Shown here piece after piece: positions 15,911 through 30,800 of a stretch of DNA of 63,357 bases. The notes beneath the pieces were generated by a model. It did not search any database. It was not told the origin of the DNA and was given only the letters and a program-made list of their open reading frames with translations. This DNA comes from Catajapyx aquilonaris. Lineage: Eukaryota. The stretch's first letter is position 1. Each line of letters opens with the position of its first letter. The stretch lies in contig JYFJ02002089.1 of the NCBI GenBank assembly GCA_000934665.2, forward strand, positions 1 to 63,357, written 5' to 3'. The translations under genes were made by a program, and so were the position numbers.

Positions 15911-16037
15911 TGCCCCATTGCACCAACGAAATTACCGATTCGATAGCTCCTAACAGATCGTTAGGACACCCTCTTAACATGTGCTAACGATCTGTTAGGA
16001 GCTATCGAATCGGTAATTAAGTTGGTGTAATCAGGCA
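15911..16037. mobile_element. palindromic MITE
   Basis: Arms of about 55 bp with perfect core aattaccgattcgatagctcctaacagatcgttag / ctaacgatctgttaggagctatcgaatcggtaatt. Confidence 0.75.
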
Positions 16038-18552
16038 AAGTGCTTTAGCTAGATGCAATTTGGTGACAATAGTTACACTGGCTTGCCGTGGAAGTAAGCA
16101 ATCCTACAATAATGCATCGAGTCAAATGACAATTATTTGACCCTATATGGTAAAGACACCAGTAGACCACCGATTCAGATGGATCATGCAGGAATAATAT
16201 CTTGCAAGAGTGCAAAAATGCGCGTCGAGTTACAGCACATGTTCTACATAATATTACAATGCGACAATGCGACATCACTAAATGACACTTGAAGTCGAAA
16301 CCGATCAAAAATCTCCACAGTAATACATAGCCTAGTATTTTTGTTAAAAAAGCTATTTATATTTACCAGATTATCTCTCCCGCACATAAAACATTCCCAA
16401 TTGAGCGCAGGTCTGACTCACTAGTGCTAAATGTCCAGCTTGACTGCTACAAATCAAAAGCAAATGACCTTTCTCCCTGCTCCGTGTGGATGATAACACA
16501 GTCCAATGCCACGGGGCAATGGTTCCGGTGTAAAATTTTAAATGAGGACTGTCCTAGTGTCAGTGCCTCACATGCTGGTAATAACGAAATGCTTTTGACT
16601 ACAGCCAAAACAGGATTCATAAATATTCAAATGAATACAAGTGACACAATTGGGAATAAATATGCTTATTAGAGGCAGTGTTGTAGCTCAAACACCTATC
16701 ATGTGCTGTTTCGTAAAAGAGAATTTTATTTCTTGGGAAAAGACGTATAGAATTTAAATGCATATTTGTAATTTAAAAATCAGTTTGTAATCTCTACTTT
16801 CTAATCCGCATAGTAATCCTAAACTCAACTTGCTTGATATAATGTTGTGCACCATGGCATTTTGAAGTGATATCAGGAACTGTAGCTTCTGTTGTTTGAA
16901 ATATTAAAATATTCTGCAACGCTGTAAGGCTTAGTGAAATAATTATGTTTTAATTTTGCACAAATGCGTTAAGAAATTTAATAAATTGTCTGACAAATCA
17001 AATTATTTTGTCGATGTGGTAAAAATTACCAATAAAGTCACAATAGAAAGGATACGGTACTTCAAGTATACGAATTGGACTCACAGACTCTTATGTGAAT
17101 GCAATAAATAATAAGATATCCGCATGGGATTGGAACATACGGTCACAAAATTAATATTTGTCACCAGTGTGCCTCAAAGCTCCGCACTTGGAAATATCAA
17201 TGTCTGCGGCAGCTCCCCCAACAAGCAAGTTAATTATTATGCTTGCGTTGCTTACGTTAAGCTCACCCAAAAATTAAGTTCATGCAGCGAACTCGCTCAA
17301 ACGTCACATCAAGCTTCCCTCTCCGCACCACAGTTTGGCTTGAATCTCCTCCAAGCCAAGATGGGCCATGCTTCTACCCCCTAAGAAGTGACAACCTGAC
17401 AACACCGTAATTTCCACCTCCACTTTGCCACACTCCTCAATCTGCAGTGTGACACTCGAAAATTCATGCCTGCCGGTGAAATATTAATCGTGGCCTCCGA
17501 GAAAAGCTTCCTAGTTCCTGACAAGAGCCGGGGTCTTTAGACGACGTAAAGAGAAACTTGATGATAACTTCCCCCTCCCCCTCCCTCCCACCTCACCCTA
17601 CGTCCTTTACTCCATAACATAGTTCTTATTTATGGGACGAGCTAGCTTTCCTACCAAGAAGGGTGCATCCAAGCTTTCCTAGTCCACCATAAAGCGAGGG
17701 TGAAAGCAGCCACTTTTACGGTCGGGGAGGGGTCTTTACAACCTGTCCAGAACACACGGCGCAATATCTCGCCTTTTCCACGACCCCCCGTGGCCAATGG
17801 TGCTTTCACCACCTTGCCATATACCCACACCCACCCCCACAGAAAAGAGCTTCCTTATCTTTCTCCCCGAAGCATTACGGAGACACACATACACCCTCCA
17901 AACACTCATCTTGCTCAATGGCCAAAGCTGCGGGGGGAGGTGGAACTGCCAAACTGACAGCCACAGGGAGACAGAATGAGACCGGGAAAAATTGTCACCA
18001 GGAGAGAAATTGTACCTATGACACAATGCGTTTTTATCCGGAGGAATTGAGAAGTGGTCAGGCTCATGGTTTGATTGGGGGTAAACTACGCTGCACTGAT
18101 GGGACTCCCGCGAGACCGGCTCCACCCAACAAAGTGCTTTTAAATCCCTAAAAAATGCACTTTGTGTAAATCAGCACACAGGCGTAAACCAAGCGAGAAG
18201 AAATCGGACACAGGAAACGGAATTGTGCGCTGAGCTTGCACCGGGGTAGGTTCACCCCAGCTGAAAATTGGATATGCACCGATTGCACCTCTAAACAACA
18301 CTCTAGTGCTATTAGTGAGCTTTACCCCTGTTCCCTCTGATCCGCCGGGCGTGGCCTTATTCTCAGTAAGCAGCTCAATCGGCATCGTGTACCGAGCAAT
18401 GTTTACATCAACTGTAAATCCGGGAGCCAAAAAACGCGACATCTTTGTCACAAGTCGCATTTACGAGGATTCCATGGTGGTGCAGGGGTTAGCACCATCG
18501 TTCCATCTGTGAAGTACAGAATGTCTGATTTCCCATTTCTTCTTTCCAGCAG

Positions 18553-18858
18553 GGATGAGGCTACCTCGTATCACGGAGCACCCGACTGATGTCATCGTGG
18601 CCAAGAATGAACCAGCCACCCTGAACTGCCAAGCTGATGGCAGTCCCCTTCCCAGCATCGAGTGGTTCAAGGATGGACGCCGAGTACGGACGTCGCCCTC
18701 TGACCCCAAGTCCCACCGGGTGCTGCTTCCCTCCGGGTCACTCTTCTTCCTCAGGGTCATGCACGGGAAGAAAGAGCAAGACGGAGGGGTGTACTGGTGC
18801 GTGGCTCGGAACCGGATGGGCCAAGTTAGAAGTCGAAACGCCACCCTAGACGTTGCAG
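18553..18858 (+). CDS. robo: robo exon: Ig1 (Slit-binding domain)
   Basis: tttccagcag|GGATGAGG ... GTTGCAG|gtatct; phase 1 to 1; [24 protein letters not shown]...[22 protein letters not shown]. Confidence 0.96.
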
Positions 18859-21800
18859 GTATCTCCTACTCTATACCGTATGATAGATAGTCACCGTGGG
18901 ATGGAAATTCACTACAAATTGTCCCTCAATATGTCCCACCAATATAACCCGGCAGGGTCAAACGATCCGGAGCATCAAAAATATCCACAAGCTGGTCCTG
19001 ATTGGTATGCAAAGACCCCTTGAAAGCCTCCAAGCTTTGTTTCGGAGCAACAAAGCTCTTTCGGAGCAGCTACTCCGCGTGCACACGGAAGAGAGAAAAT
19101 GCATTGGCATTCCTGCGACCATGATCCAGGCATTCCTGATGAAATTGAGCCAATACAACTGGGGGTGATACTGCCAGGGTTCCCTACTCTTTTCCTCCTC
19201 TCAGCTCTGCATTGAGTAGCGGCAGTAAAAGATGGAATGTGGGACAGAGCACCCAGGGAAACACAATGAGATACGCTGGGGCCTTCTTTTGATTCATAGT
19301 TTATGATCAGATGAAGCCGTACTCTGAAGCAGTGGAGCAAAAAGGGGACGGAATATCAAAACGGATTCGCTGTTCTCAAGAGAACGGCGCATAAAAGAGG
19401 TCTCTTTTTTTATCAGATAAGCAACAGTTCACCTCCTGACTGCTCGCGTTTTTTTCCGTATTATTACCTACTCCTATTTCTTCATCTGAATCGTGCTGAT
19501 CCTTGTAAGCAGGCGGAGAAAAGTTTTCAAAAGTAACCGCCACCATCATAAAATCTTGAAAAGCGGAGAGTATAAGACAGAAAATCTGTTGCATGAAAAA
19601 GCAATACTGACTTCCATAAAAAGGACTCTTTATTGCGACAATTTAAAACTTGCGTCGTGCTGCTCTAGGAAGCGATAAGCTCTCCGAAATGCAATTAAAA
19701 TAGCGTAAGTCAGCATGAAAAATTTCCATGCATTTCGAAAAAATCTGCCTCGTTCTTACTCTATATGCAGTATGTTACATCTAAATTGATTTTTGTCAAC
19801 TACGCGCGCTCATATGCAGTGCAGAATATCATATCGAGCCACGACTCTCTGCAGAGTGTACCATATCAGATTGGCAGTGAAATACCAATATTTAGATTAT
19901 AACTCTGAAAATCATATACTGCGTAAAAATTCACTATCATAGTAGGCTACTGCTCTTTCAATCTGATCCACTCTTTATTTTTTTTTAACTGCCGCAGATT
20001 CGACCAAATTATTTCACAACTCTATTAGTGATAATGAATTATACGAATCTCCGCTGAATTTTTGTGCAAATGCTTATTAACTTCCAATGCTGTGTTTTAT
20101 GGCTGCCAGCAAAACCAAGATCGTGCTGATGGACATGCTGAACATGAGCACTGATGGCACTAAATATCCCCTTGTCCCTTGCTCACCCCTCAGGAGAGAT
20201 ACTGTAGTATGGTTGTCTATCTGTCCGGATTAGATAGGAGGGGAAGGGACATACAGTGCAGTATAGGTTATATATAGACGGTGAGCAATCAAGCCCCCGA
20301 GGTCAAATCCACAGCGCTTCCTTGTTACAGCTGAGAATAAGACAGGATTAGAGGAAAGAGTCACATCTCGATGCTAAGATGATTAGCTATGATTAATTCC
20401 AAGAGGGGGGCAATTTTCCAGGAGGGGATTGACGAGGGTCGAGGGGAAGAGAATAGAGGCCGTATCGCTTTCCCGAGATCCAAAGTTCTTGTGTGGCTTC
20501 TGAAGGATTAGCCTGAAGGGGTAAGATGTTTAGGGAGCCTCCTCGCCTGATTAATAGTGAATCAGACATTAATTCTGATAATTAACTGCGTGGCTATTTA
20601 GCCGGCAATCCTAATCCTCTAATCATGCTGCAATATGAATGTAATTAACATCTCTCTAGATGGCGTTGACTCCAGCAGCAGGTAGTAGGTAACCAAGTGA
20701 GATGGAGATTAGAAAAATGTCGCGCCTTTTCCTGGTAGTCAGTCACACAATAAAAAGCTCCCTCTTTCTTTCATCTTCTTCCTTCCAATATCACAACTCG
20801 CAAATGCGGCTCTAAATCAGCGCGCCAGATGGTACTCTCTGAAGACGAATACGATATAAAAAGGCACAGTTGCCAGACCTCTTTCCCGTCTAGGGTCCCC
20901 CCCCCTCTCCATCATATCCCATTTTTCGCAGAAGCTGTAATGCGATTGGTACTAGTCACTGGACCACGTTCTCTGCCGGACGAAAGATTATACTGACGAC
21001 ACGGTACATAAGCGGATTTCAGCACTACACTCCTGAAGCCTAACAAGGGTAAATATTTTCCACCTCGGCAAATCGGGTTTTGGCTTGTAAGAGAAAGTTG
21101 GGAAATAAACCTTCTCGACCCTCCCCCCCCCTCTCCACCCCTCAGCACCTCCCTATTTTCCAAACTCCCTCTTAGCAAACGGTTTCCCTGCTTGTAATTT
21201 AACCAAAGTAGCTTGGTAATGGTTACTGCCTGAGAACCTAGGAAGAAACTTGATCATTTGGGGGATATTAAGCTGAATCGCAGTGAACAAAGGTGAGTGC
21301 GCATGGATCAATTAAAGTCGGAAATAAAGGCAGAACAAATTAGCTCCCGGGTGCACTATTCTCCAAAGTCTTGTCGCCATGATTCTGCCCCGGGGCATAT
21401 AGACGACAACGAAAAGGTTCGAGAGGGGTGGGGCGAGAGGTGGGGGAGGGCTTTTCCTCTGATAAAGCTGCTTCTGACATACGAGCCTCATAATGGAAAT
21501 GCCCTAATGAAGGCCTCCTAACCTCATCAAAAATGCAACGAAAGTTGCAGGCAGCGTTATCTCCTCGCCTAAGCGTACTATTACAATATTAAGATGGCAA
21601 TAATGAGGTTTCCAACTTTATAATAATGATTCGAAGGAGGTCCCTCATTAGCGATAAATTAGAAGCCCCGGCAGCAGACGTTATTTCGTGTAATTCTATC
21701 TGCAGAGGCCAGATTGCAACTTCCGAGGCAGATTGACCACTTTGATCGCGTTCGCTCAACTTTTGCGTTTACCTTGCCACCGTCGGAAAATAACTCTTTG

Positions 21801-24800
21801 TTAACTTTTTCTGACACTAATTTCATCAAAGCACTTTGGCTGTTACATGCCCCCCCCCCCCAGAAAACTCTTTTTCCCAGTGTGTCAAATTTGATCGCAT
21901 TATAGCTAAGGATTCACTGCGGAGTAAATTTCATTAAGACTGGTTAATTTTTTGTAGGTCATCTTGTTCCCAACTAAAAGCATCAAATCAGGATGTGATT
22001 GCCCCCTGAGGCTTAGCCCAGGTCTTTTGAAATGTGGCTATTAAGACCCCAGTTGGTTTCTGATTGCAGCAAAACTTGGCAATTCAAACTTTTTCATTCC
22101 CAGCAGGCATCTGATATCATGTCCTGCCTGAGTAAGGCCTATTTGAGAAAAAAATGCCAATATGGTTAGGGTATACTCTGACTCGGAGCGTCTGCACGTG
22201 TTGCTAGTTCAAGTATAGCTATAGAGCAAAAACTGGATTGTTAGTGTGTGCCTGCGGGCCATACTTTAATAAAATAATACATAAAAGCGAATTTTTTTTC
22301 AAGAGCACCACTCCAACTGATATTCCATGTTTTATCCGTCGTATTTACGGATTCTCGCATTTAAAAATGCACTAAAGTAGCTTCATTTGTAATGTAATAA
22401 GCAGCACTGCCCAGTAATGGAAGTTTACCCGCAATTTCCTCTATTACTTTAATAAGTCCATCAGACACTGCGTGCATACAGTCATCGGATTAGAATACCA
22501 TTACTTTTAACAAAATACTGCTGATGATATATTATTGCAACATAATCCCTTCTGCACAAAGCGGTCATTCCCCACCATCTCCCCCTCCCCTTCCCGCCCG
22601 TATGACTCGAATATAAAATAAATGGCAGCTTGGGGGTAAACTCATCGATCGTATTAACCACCTTGGCAGTGTCCTGCAAAGTGCTGACATCTAAAGATTC
22701 CTCCTGGTATACGGGCATCCATCCAAAATTGCTGGAGCCCATTCCCCTGCCATGTCCTGGAGACAGTCACAGGTATCGATTAGGTTAGGGAGGGTATAAG
22801 AGAAGGGGGGGCATCGGCATCGGAAAAGCCCAGGCAAGGCTACCGGGGGAGACCCGTCTTAGATTTGTGACTCGGGCCTTCACCCGGTATTGAATCCGAA
22901 CTTCTCTCTCTCTCTCTCTCCCTGTCCTATCTCCAATCGTCTCAAACGTTCTCGTGAGGAAAACGTATTGTTCTGGCAGGATCTACCGTTTCTTTCTTTT
23001 TTTCTACCTCTCTTCTCCCCCCAAAAAACCTAGGTCTGCATCGGTCCCCGTGAATTTCTAGAAAACTGCCTCTTCCAGTTTTATCTCTCTTTTTTTCTCT
23101 TTTGGTCTGAGATGCCCGGAGGCATTTTGGAAGATGAAAACCGCCATTCGGAGGCCAGCAAAGAAGGGGCTGGAGGGAGGTAAGGGGAGTGCTCAAGTAT
23201 ATCTGGTCCATCAGGTGATTCCGGAAAGAGTTGAGGCCGCTACATTTCTTTCTGCTAAAATATGTTGCTCGTACTTCACTCTGGTAGTTTTACGAGCTTC
23301 CCGCACGCCTCAGGGAACAGCCCGCAATTTTGGAATCGCATAGCAGCTAATTTTTGAGCGGGCCTTCTTGGGTCTCATTATTGGCATGTATCATCCTTAA
23401 GTAGCTGTCTTCCCCTTTAAGGACGGGGGGACATTCGATCTGCTGCTCATCATTTGAGAGACACGTTAGCTGAGTCTCTCAAGCCACTCGATAGAGAAAA
23501 GCCCCTCGTCTTATCGTCATATTACCCCTTGGAATAGGGCCCTTGCCAGTCCATGAAACCTGTTGTAAACACAACGAATAGCCGGGTTAATGATTATCCG
23601 TGCTGACAGGAGCCCAAAATTAATGTGGCAAAAAAAGTAATCAGGCAGAAATCTGAACATGTCGGGTTTAAGCCATCTTTGGTGTCATGACTAATTTAAA
23701 ACCCGGCTTGATCCGGTATTACGTAAGTCTAGGATAATCACTCCGACGTCCAAGTACCGTGATTCAGCTTTACAGATCCTGAAACAGCTTCATTATGATA
23801 ATATGCATGATTTCATCAGGTAAGTCATAAGCTAGTTGGATATCATTTTTGTTTTGTTGCAAGGCACTTCAAAGCACATATCGCTTAAAGCCTAGTTTTC
23901 ATGAAGAATTTCCACCAGAATTATGGTAGACATGGCTGGTGTGTTCCAAATAGTGCTGCTACTCAGTTTTACCTGCAACATGTTACGAGTGCGCTTTTAC
24001 AGAACTTGGCAGGCACTTTATTAAAGGGATCGAGCAAGAAATCTGGGCCAATCCCTCTTGTACTGTCTTAATGTCGTATATTTTTGATGGCGTGCTAAGC
24101 AGCACTTTGTTTAATGAGGTACTCTAGTTGGAAATAACACTTTTGTCAGCATTTGCCGTCAGGTGGAATGCCCGGACGCCGTGAGAAGCCAGTGAAAATT
24201 AATTTACATGGAAAAAGGCCAGGTATAAATCAGCTAGCCAATTAGAAAGCCACGTGTGTGCCATGTACACACAGCTCAGAATGATACGACGGCACGTTGT
24301 CATTACCTGGCAAGGAAGGAATATCTGATCGGTATATCTGTGACTGCACAAGCTGACTTAATGAGTCCGCCACATGTTATGGCCAATTTTCGACTGTCTT
24401 TCCGATATGGGAAGCAGCAAATGGACTGAGCGATTTGCGAGCGTTTTTACCACGAGGTCCACAGATAAGGCGGAACTGTGGCGTGCATCGAGGGAATAAA
24501 TGCTCGATATGGTTTATATAGGCGGTTTCCCATTGGATCCAAACAGTGACAGCGCCTTCCGTGGCCAACGTCTAACTGGGGTAATAGGAGGCACGAGAAA
24601 CGTCCGCACGTCACGGATGTTTGGATCCTGGTCTGGTTCAAATCTCATGTAGGACATACAGTGGGGCCCATGGGGGTGCCCCACCCGAGACCTGGGTCAT
24701 TATGTGTGGCCCAGACTGTAAATATCGACCCCCCATGTTGGTGACATATGGGAAACACCACATCAATGGAAGGCAATATTGTGGGTGTATGGGCTGATAT

Positions 24801-27800
24801 GAACAGGTTATTTCCAACACGCACAAAACCCATTTTTGTTGAAAATTAGTTAAACCCACACGCTGCTTCTCCATATCAATTCTAATACTTTGTGGTGCTT
24901 CATAGGTATATGAAAATGGTTTCATTTAATAACAAAAGAACGACATAAATCAGTACATCTACATTTCCTTTCCTTGAAAAAGATTGGATAGGCTTTGGAA
25001 GTCAGCAATTCATATCGCCCGCATACGCCCACATGTGAGGCCATCATGTTGGAGTAGCATATCCAACTTGCTATATGTAAGTCTACAACCTGCACCACTG
25101 CACATGGCAATTGGATCTGTACACATCTCAAGATATCGCCGTCACTCCAACGCCTATTAACAATCAAGCAGTAAAGCGTGTAACAAGGTGATGCAACAGT
25201 TCCAACAGGCAATTCCACCTTCCTTTCCCCGCGAATATTCATGAATCATAAAGCCTCCGGAATGAGCAGAGAAAACAGGGGATAATTGCCTTTTCTTGCT
25301 CTAATGAGCCCTCTTTAAGGGCAATTCTCTTCTTTCTCTCCGCACTTGTCTCCTCGCAGAAAATCCGGCCAGAACTGGAGACTTTAACGACTCCCCAAGA
25401 CTTTTAAAAGAGTCGTTAGTCAGCAACTTGTAAGCTACGTCCACTAGATCCCCGGTATTTTTTTCCCTTACCCCGAGGCCAGATAATCCTGAGACAATTC
25501 CAGAAGTTTACAAAAGTTCCTCTCAACGTTATTCTCCAGAAAATATACAAAGGGAATGCGTGACGATTCTGTCATTCAAGCCAGCCGCCTTAATGCGCCC
25601 ATTTGGGGCTCCTTTTCCTCCATGGCCGGACCTGACTCGAGCCCCTTCTTTGATATTCTAAGCAGGTGTTTGCTTTCCCATAATTTGAATTTTATATTCA
25701 TGCGTCCCTTTGAGTCAAACTTGCGTGGGAGTGTGCCCTCCACTCCTACCCCCACCTTCCACACAAAGTCGGCTTCTCTTCTATAGTTGCAGGATGGAAA
25801 AGGGAGGGTTGCTATTCCGAAAGGCTGCATATCTGCATCATTTATTTGGGCACCAGGTACCTGCCAGGATTGCTACACACTGTTGTGATAAGCACGTGAG
25901 ACTAACTTGGGCGTAATTTACACGTCAAAGTAGCCCAGGGCTAAAATGGAGATAGGGCAATGCTGTGCTACACAACAGAATCCTATAGATAAGGTAGCGC
26001 CATTGTGGTCCACACGTACTGTACAGGAATTGGCCAGCCATGTCGATAGCCTGATCAATCAATCCGGAATAATAATTGTTCTAGTCGGTGTTCACGCGGG
26101 TGTTTCCCCCACTTTCTATCACATATGTAAATGGGGACTGTGCATTAGCCGACATCACCAGCAGGTCGATCACAATGCATCACCTTCCAGTGGTAAACTC
26201 CGGGGCTAAAAATGTGCACCGGTCTGTTCCGGGACCTCCGGAAAAGCCCTACGATAGGATTACACGCCCCGCCTGGATTCTCTTGTTCTGTGATTGACGC
26301 TAATTGGCGCTCGGGCTTGAACTTACCTTTATTTTTCTCTCCCCTGGGAGAGTTGGTAAAAGCAAAGGTGCTGCTTGCGTGCTCGACATACCATCACATT
26401 CTACTGGGGTATATGGGAGAAAAAAAAATCTAGAGTGATTCATTCAGTCGAAGTCTTTTCTCAAATTATATTTCGGTTGCCTGCGGGGACATCGTGAGTG
26501 TGGGAGCTAAGTTTCGACAGGAAAATTACATGTTAATAGGCAGTGGTTTAAAATAATTTATTTCGCCTCCCGACTTGCAATACTGTAGTAGACCTATACA
26601 GGATGGTACGCTGCCTAAGTTGGCACCCCCAACAATGCTGAAGCTGTAAATCATGGATTATTCACTCCAGTCACGCATGCGCACTCTAACAGTGGGAATG
26701 CGCCACTGGAGCGAGTAATCCATCAGTTTTAACAAGCCCCATTGTTGGAGGTGGCAGCGTACCATCTTGTATGAGGGGAGATTAATCGGCAGTTGATAGA
26801 TGACCTGTTTAAAATTATGTTTTGCAATTGAATTTATCTAAGTAGCCTCATTGTTATTTTGAGGCTATGTACCGGCTGCGACACCTTGATCTGGATTACA
26901 CATGACGGTCCCCGCACTTACCATCCAGATTTCTCTTATACATAACACGGCTTTGTTACCCTGCTCCTGTTGCTCACTGCAATGAACTGCGTTTTCATAA
27001 GAGTACCTTTACAATAAGTAGTTCTCCATCAATTTCTCTAACTTGAGCATGAAGAGGTTTCATTACTGTATTCATATCCCCAATTTTGTTCAATAACTGC
27101 GGTACTTCTCCATCCCATGGTTACTATCAGTAAAAATTGCATTGGAATTGTGACATGTTTGATTACTGCATCGCACATGTATTTTCTTGCTTCCAGTTCT
27201 TCGAGAAGAATTCCGTGAAGAACCTAAAAACACCCGAGTGGCCCAGGGCGAGACGGCCATTCTGAAATGCGAGCCTCCAAAAGGTCACCCGGAGCCAGAA
27301 GTCAGCTGGAAAAAGAACGGACAATCAGTTGACATCAAGTCGCACAGGTATAGCTTCGAAGTTGTTCTCCTCTGTAAAGTTGTCACCCCGGTCGGCTGCG
27401 GACATCGCAGTTCTTCACCCAAAAAACCCTCTTGAATAAATAAGAGTTTGTGCGCCTCTGGCATCCTCCCGGAGGAAAGTGAGCGAAATCTTTAATTCCC
27501 ATGTGCGGTGTAGAGGCGTCGGGCCTTTATCAATAATTCGCAGCGTGGCTACGGTGCCATTGGCCATCCTCCATCCCTGAACAGGGCGCCTGTACAACCC
27601 GGGTAATTCGATTAGGCCGGTGGCTGCAGTCACGACCGGGCTTTCCTCTCTGTGTGACTCTCTCAGGACCTGGTGTGAGCCCGCATGAATTATTTTTTGG
27701 CACCCCCGACAGGTTACGGCAGCTGCCCGACGGCAACCTCATGATCACCAACGTCAGGCAGAGTGACGAAGGGAAGTACCAGTGCGTCGCGCAGAACATT

Positions 27801-30800
27801 GTCGGACTGCGAGAGAGCGCGCTGGCCAACCTGAGGGTACACGGTACGTGACGTTCCCATTTTCATACGGATGACACCGCCGTGTGTTCCCGTTCCCAAG
27901 GGAGAGGTAATTACATACAGTGACAGTAAGCTCCTGTGGGCCCTGAAGACAACACTGTCATTTTCCACAACCGACTCGCACACGCGAGTTTTCTGAATAT
28001 ACGCTAGTACAGAACTTTTCCTCGATAACGACCCATCTGAAAAATTGCCTCACGTCAAGGAGTGCGGAGGAAAAGTTATCATTTTTCCTCCGCTGTGCAA
28101 GTAATAAGCCTATAACTATTGCACACAACAAAGTAAAGCGTCTAAATCAAGTCGACGTGCCAAACCCCCCTCTTTTTTTTGCTTTTGGGGGAGAAAAAAA
28201 AGTGGTGCAAAAATTCTCTCCTGACTACTACATCTCTTGCTTCTTGCTGGCATGGCGTCGGAGGCTATAAATCATGCGTGCGGAAAGCACAGCCTCCCTC
28301 GTCCCCGACACTTGTTCGTAGTATCTTGGCCCCCGTGGAGAGTTGTTATCCCGAGGCGACGACAGGGTCTCCGGGCCGTATATTAGAGCAACCCCTTCTG
28401 GAAAATCGTGTTCCCCAACTTGACTTTTCCTCCTTCTTTCCCGGTCGGCAGTGCGACCCTACTTTATCCGGCAGCCTCAGAACGTGACGGCTCTGATCAA
28501 CGCGCACGTGGAGTTCCATTGCAAAGTGGGCGGGGAGCCCGTTCCGGACGTGCTCTGGAGACGACAGGGGGGCAACATGCCCCTGGGCAGAGTGCACGTG
28601 CTGGAAGATCGGAGCCTGCGGATCGACCAACTGGCTCTGGACGACCAAGGGGCCTACAGTTGCGTGGCAGACAACGCTGTAGGATCCATCTCTGCCAGTG
28701 CTTGGCTGACTGTTCACTGTGAGTACTATTTGGTAGAAAGTAGCAGGGATTGCCCCGAAACGAAATGGGCCAGGGTCTAAATATGGCGGCCTCGCGCCAC
28801 TTTCCTAGGAGTCACTGACTCTTACTGCAACATAGTTCTCAAGCATGCATCCAGGTCCACTCTGGTACACTTTTGGACCTGGAGGCCCAGCTTTTGTCCC
28901 GTCACTTTTCCGCCAATTACCCTAACGGCAATTCAGTGTCGGCGTCCGGATAATGACTCTTTGTAAATGTTTTGATTGCTCGCGGCCAGATAATTAGGCC
29001 TTACGAGTTAGACCCCTGTGGCCGATAGCTCTCTCTCCCCCGCCACCCACACTTTCCCCGCTCTTCCATACCCCCATGCCTCCCCTCTCGTGTGCAGATC
29101 TATGGGTGTGGGGAACCTATACGTGGCTTACATGGAGGAGGGGGCCCCTAGGGTGTTGGTGATGGTCCGGGAAAACCATTAGGGAATTGTTCGGGCTTTT
29201 TGGTCCCTGTTGTTATTTTCTTCCCGCAAGTACTACGCGGTTGGGGGGCAAGTACGTTCATGGGGCCGTGCTTAGGCACAGGATATGTGAGGTAATTTTT
29301 ACATTTTCCAAATGGAATTTTGCTGCGGTGGTGAAGGCTCTGCACAAAAGCCTCAACGTGTTTTTTTTTAACCAATTCCCTGGACATGCATTGTGTGCAC
29401 GTGTAGCTCAGTGAATCGGGTAATCATCAGAAAATTAAATACTTGCATGATCCTCTCCGCCGTAATTCACAAAACGAGGACTTTAACAGCCGCAATGAGG
29501 CTAGCATTTTACGCCAGTTTATAGTATGTCTTTTAACAGTGTACTGCACAAAAAAGTGAATTTTTACACCGGGGAAATTGGGGCACAAACTTCATCTGCG
29601 GCTCAAAATGAAATGCTCCAACCCTACCTATTATAAAATCCCGTAACTCTAGGTAAACTCGCATCCAACACGTGATGCAGATAATGCATGTTTGTCGATC
29701 AAGGGCCCTTTGAGGTCCCTTTTTATCTGGAGCATGAAGCACGAAAAAGCTCGCAAATCCAGACGATAGTCGTGAAGGCCGGGTCGTAGAGATCCGTGAG
29801 TGCGGAGATGGTATGAAGGCAAGCAGACAAAGGCCAGTGGGAAGAGATTGAAAAGACGGGGAGGGAAAGGGCTGCTTGACGGCCCCTGCATGGACTCCAA
29901 GGGCCATTCCTTCCTCTTCCCCTCTCTCGGGGCGTAATTGGTAGTAGGCAATCTCTCGGCCCTGATGAGCTGCCCATGTGGAAGGGACAAGGGAGAGGAG
30001 GTGGAAGCAGTGAGATTGCTTGATTTCCGAGTTACCTCCCTGAAATGTGGCCCTGGAGGAAGGAGGGGTGGGAAGACACCACTTGGCCATTCCGCCAGGA
30101 AGGAAGGAAGGCGAAAAAGCACGGGAGATCGGGGGAGGGAGGGGAGACATTAGGCTGATCACCCCGCTGTTGTAGTCCTGCCAAAGTACTCATTCCTAGG
30201 CAATGAAAAAGCCTCGCCTGTTGGGCGGAGCCGCAGGGGGACCTTTGTTGAATAGCAAAGTTGAGGGGAGAGGACACTTTCACTTGGGAAGGAGGATGGG
30301 AGGGGTGCCACCACCTCTCCTCTGCTCCGAGAAATAAGACTCCGGATAAGTATTAGGGACAAGAGCGTAAACTTGGCCTGCATGGTGACGGATGGAGGGG
30401 TGGATGTGACTGAGGAGAGTTGCCTTTGTCGATATCCATCGAAGAATATAGCGCCTGGAGTAGCCTGTGACATTCTGGAGTATAGGTTCATATGTCCTGT
30501 AAAGCCAGTCATTTTGCACCAAAAGATAACTTAGATTTCAATTATGTTGAGAAAACTGTCATATGTCCCGGAGTGGTCCTGGGCTATGTTATGACCGCAC
30601 TCGTGAAGTAAAAAAATCATGCTGGTGATACAACACACCTGACAGTTATATTCAAAAAGGGTGTATGCTTTTGTGCACATGATAACGTATAGTTTCCACT
30701 CTATGACACCTGCTGTCGATAGAGCAAACTGAATTTTATTTCGGTTAACTTACTTGCTGTGTGCACTCGACCCAGAAATTTTTCCAGTAGTGTTTGTTAA

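Noticed and set aside
29533..30162. 209-aa minus-strand ORF and other long ORFs (2971-3459, 6230-6673, 9959-10453, 15279-15767)
   Set aside because: No recognisable domains, several non-ATG starts and overlapping open frames; consistent with chance ORFs in GC-richer intron sequence.
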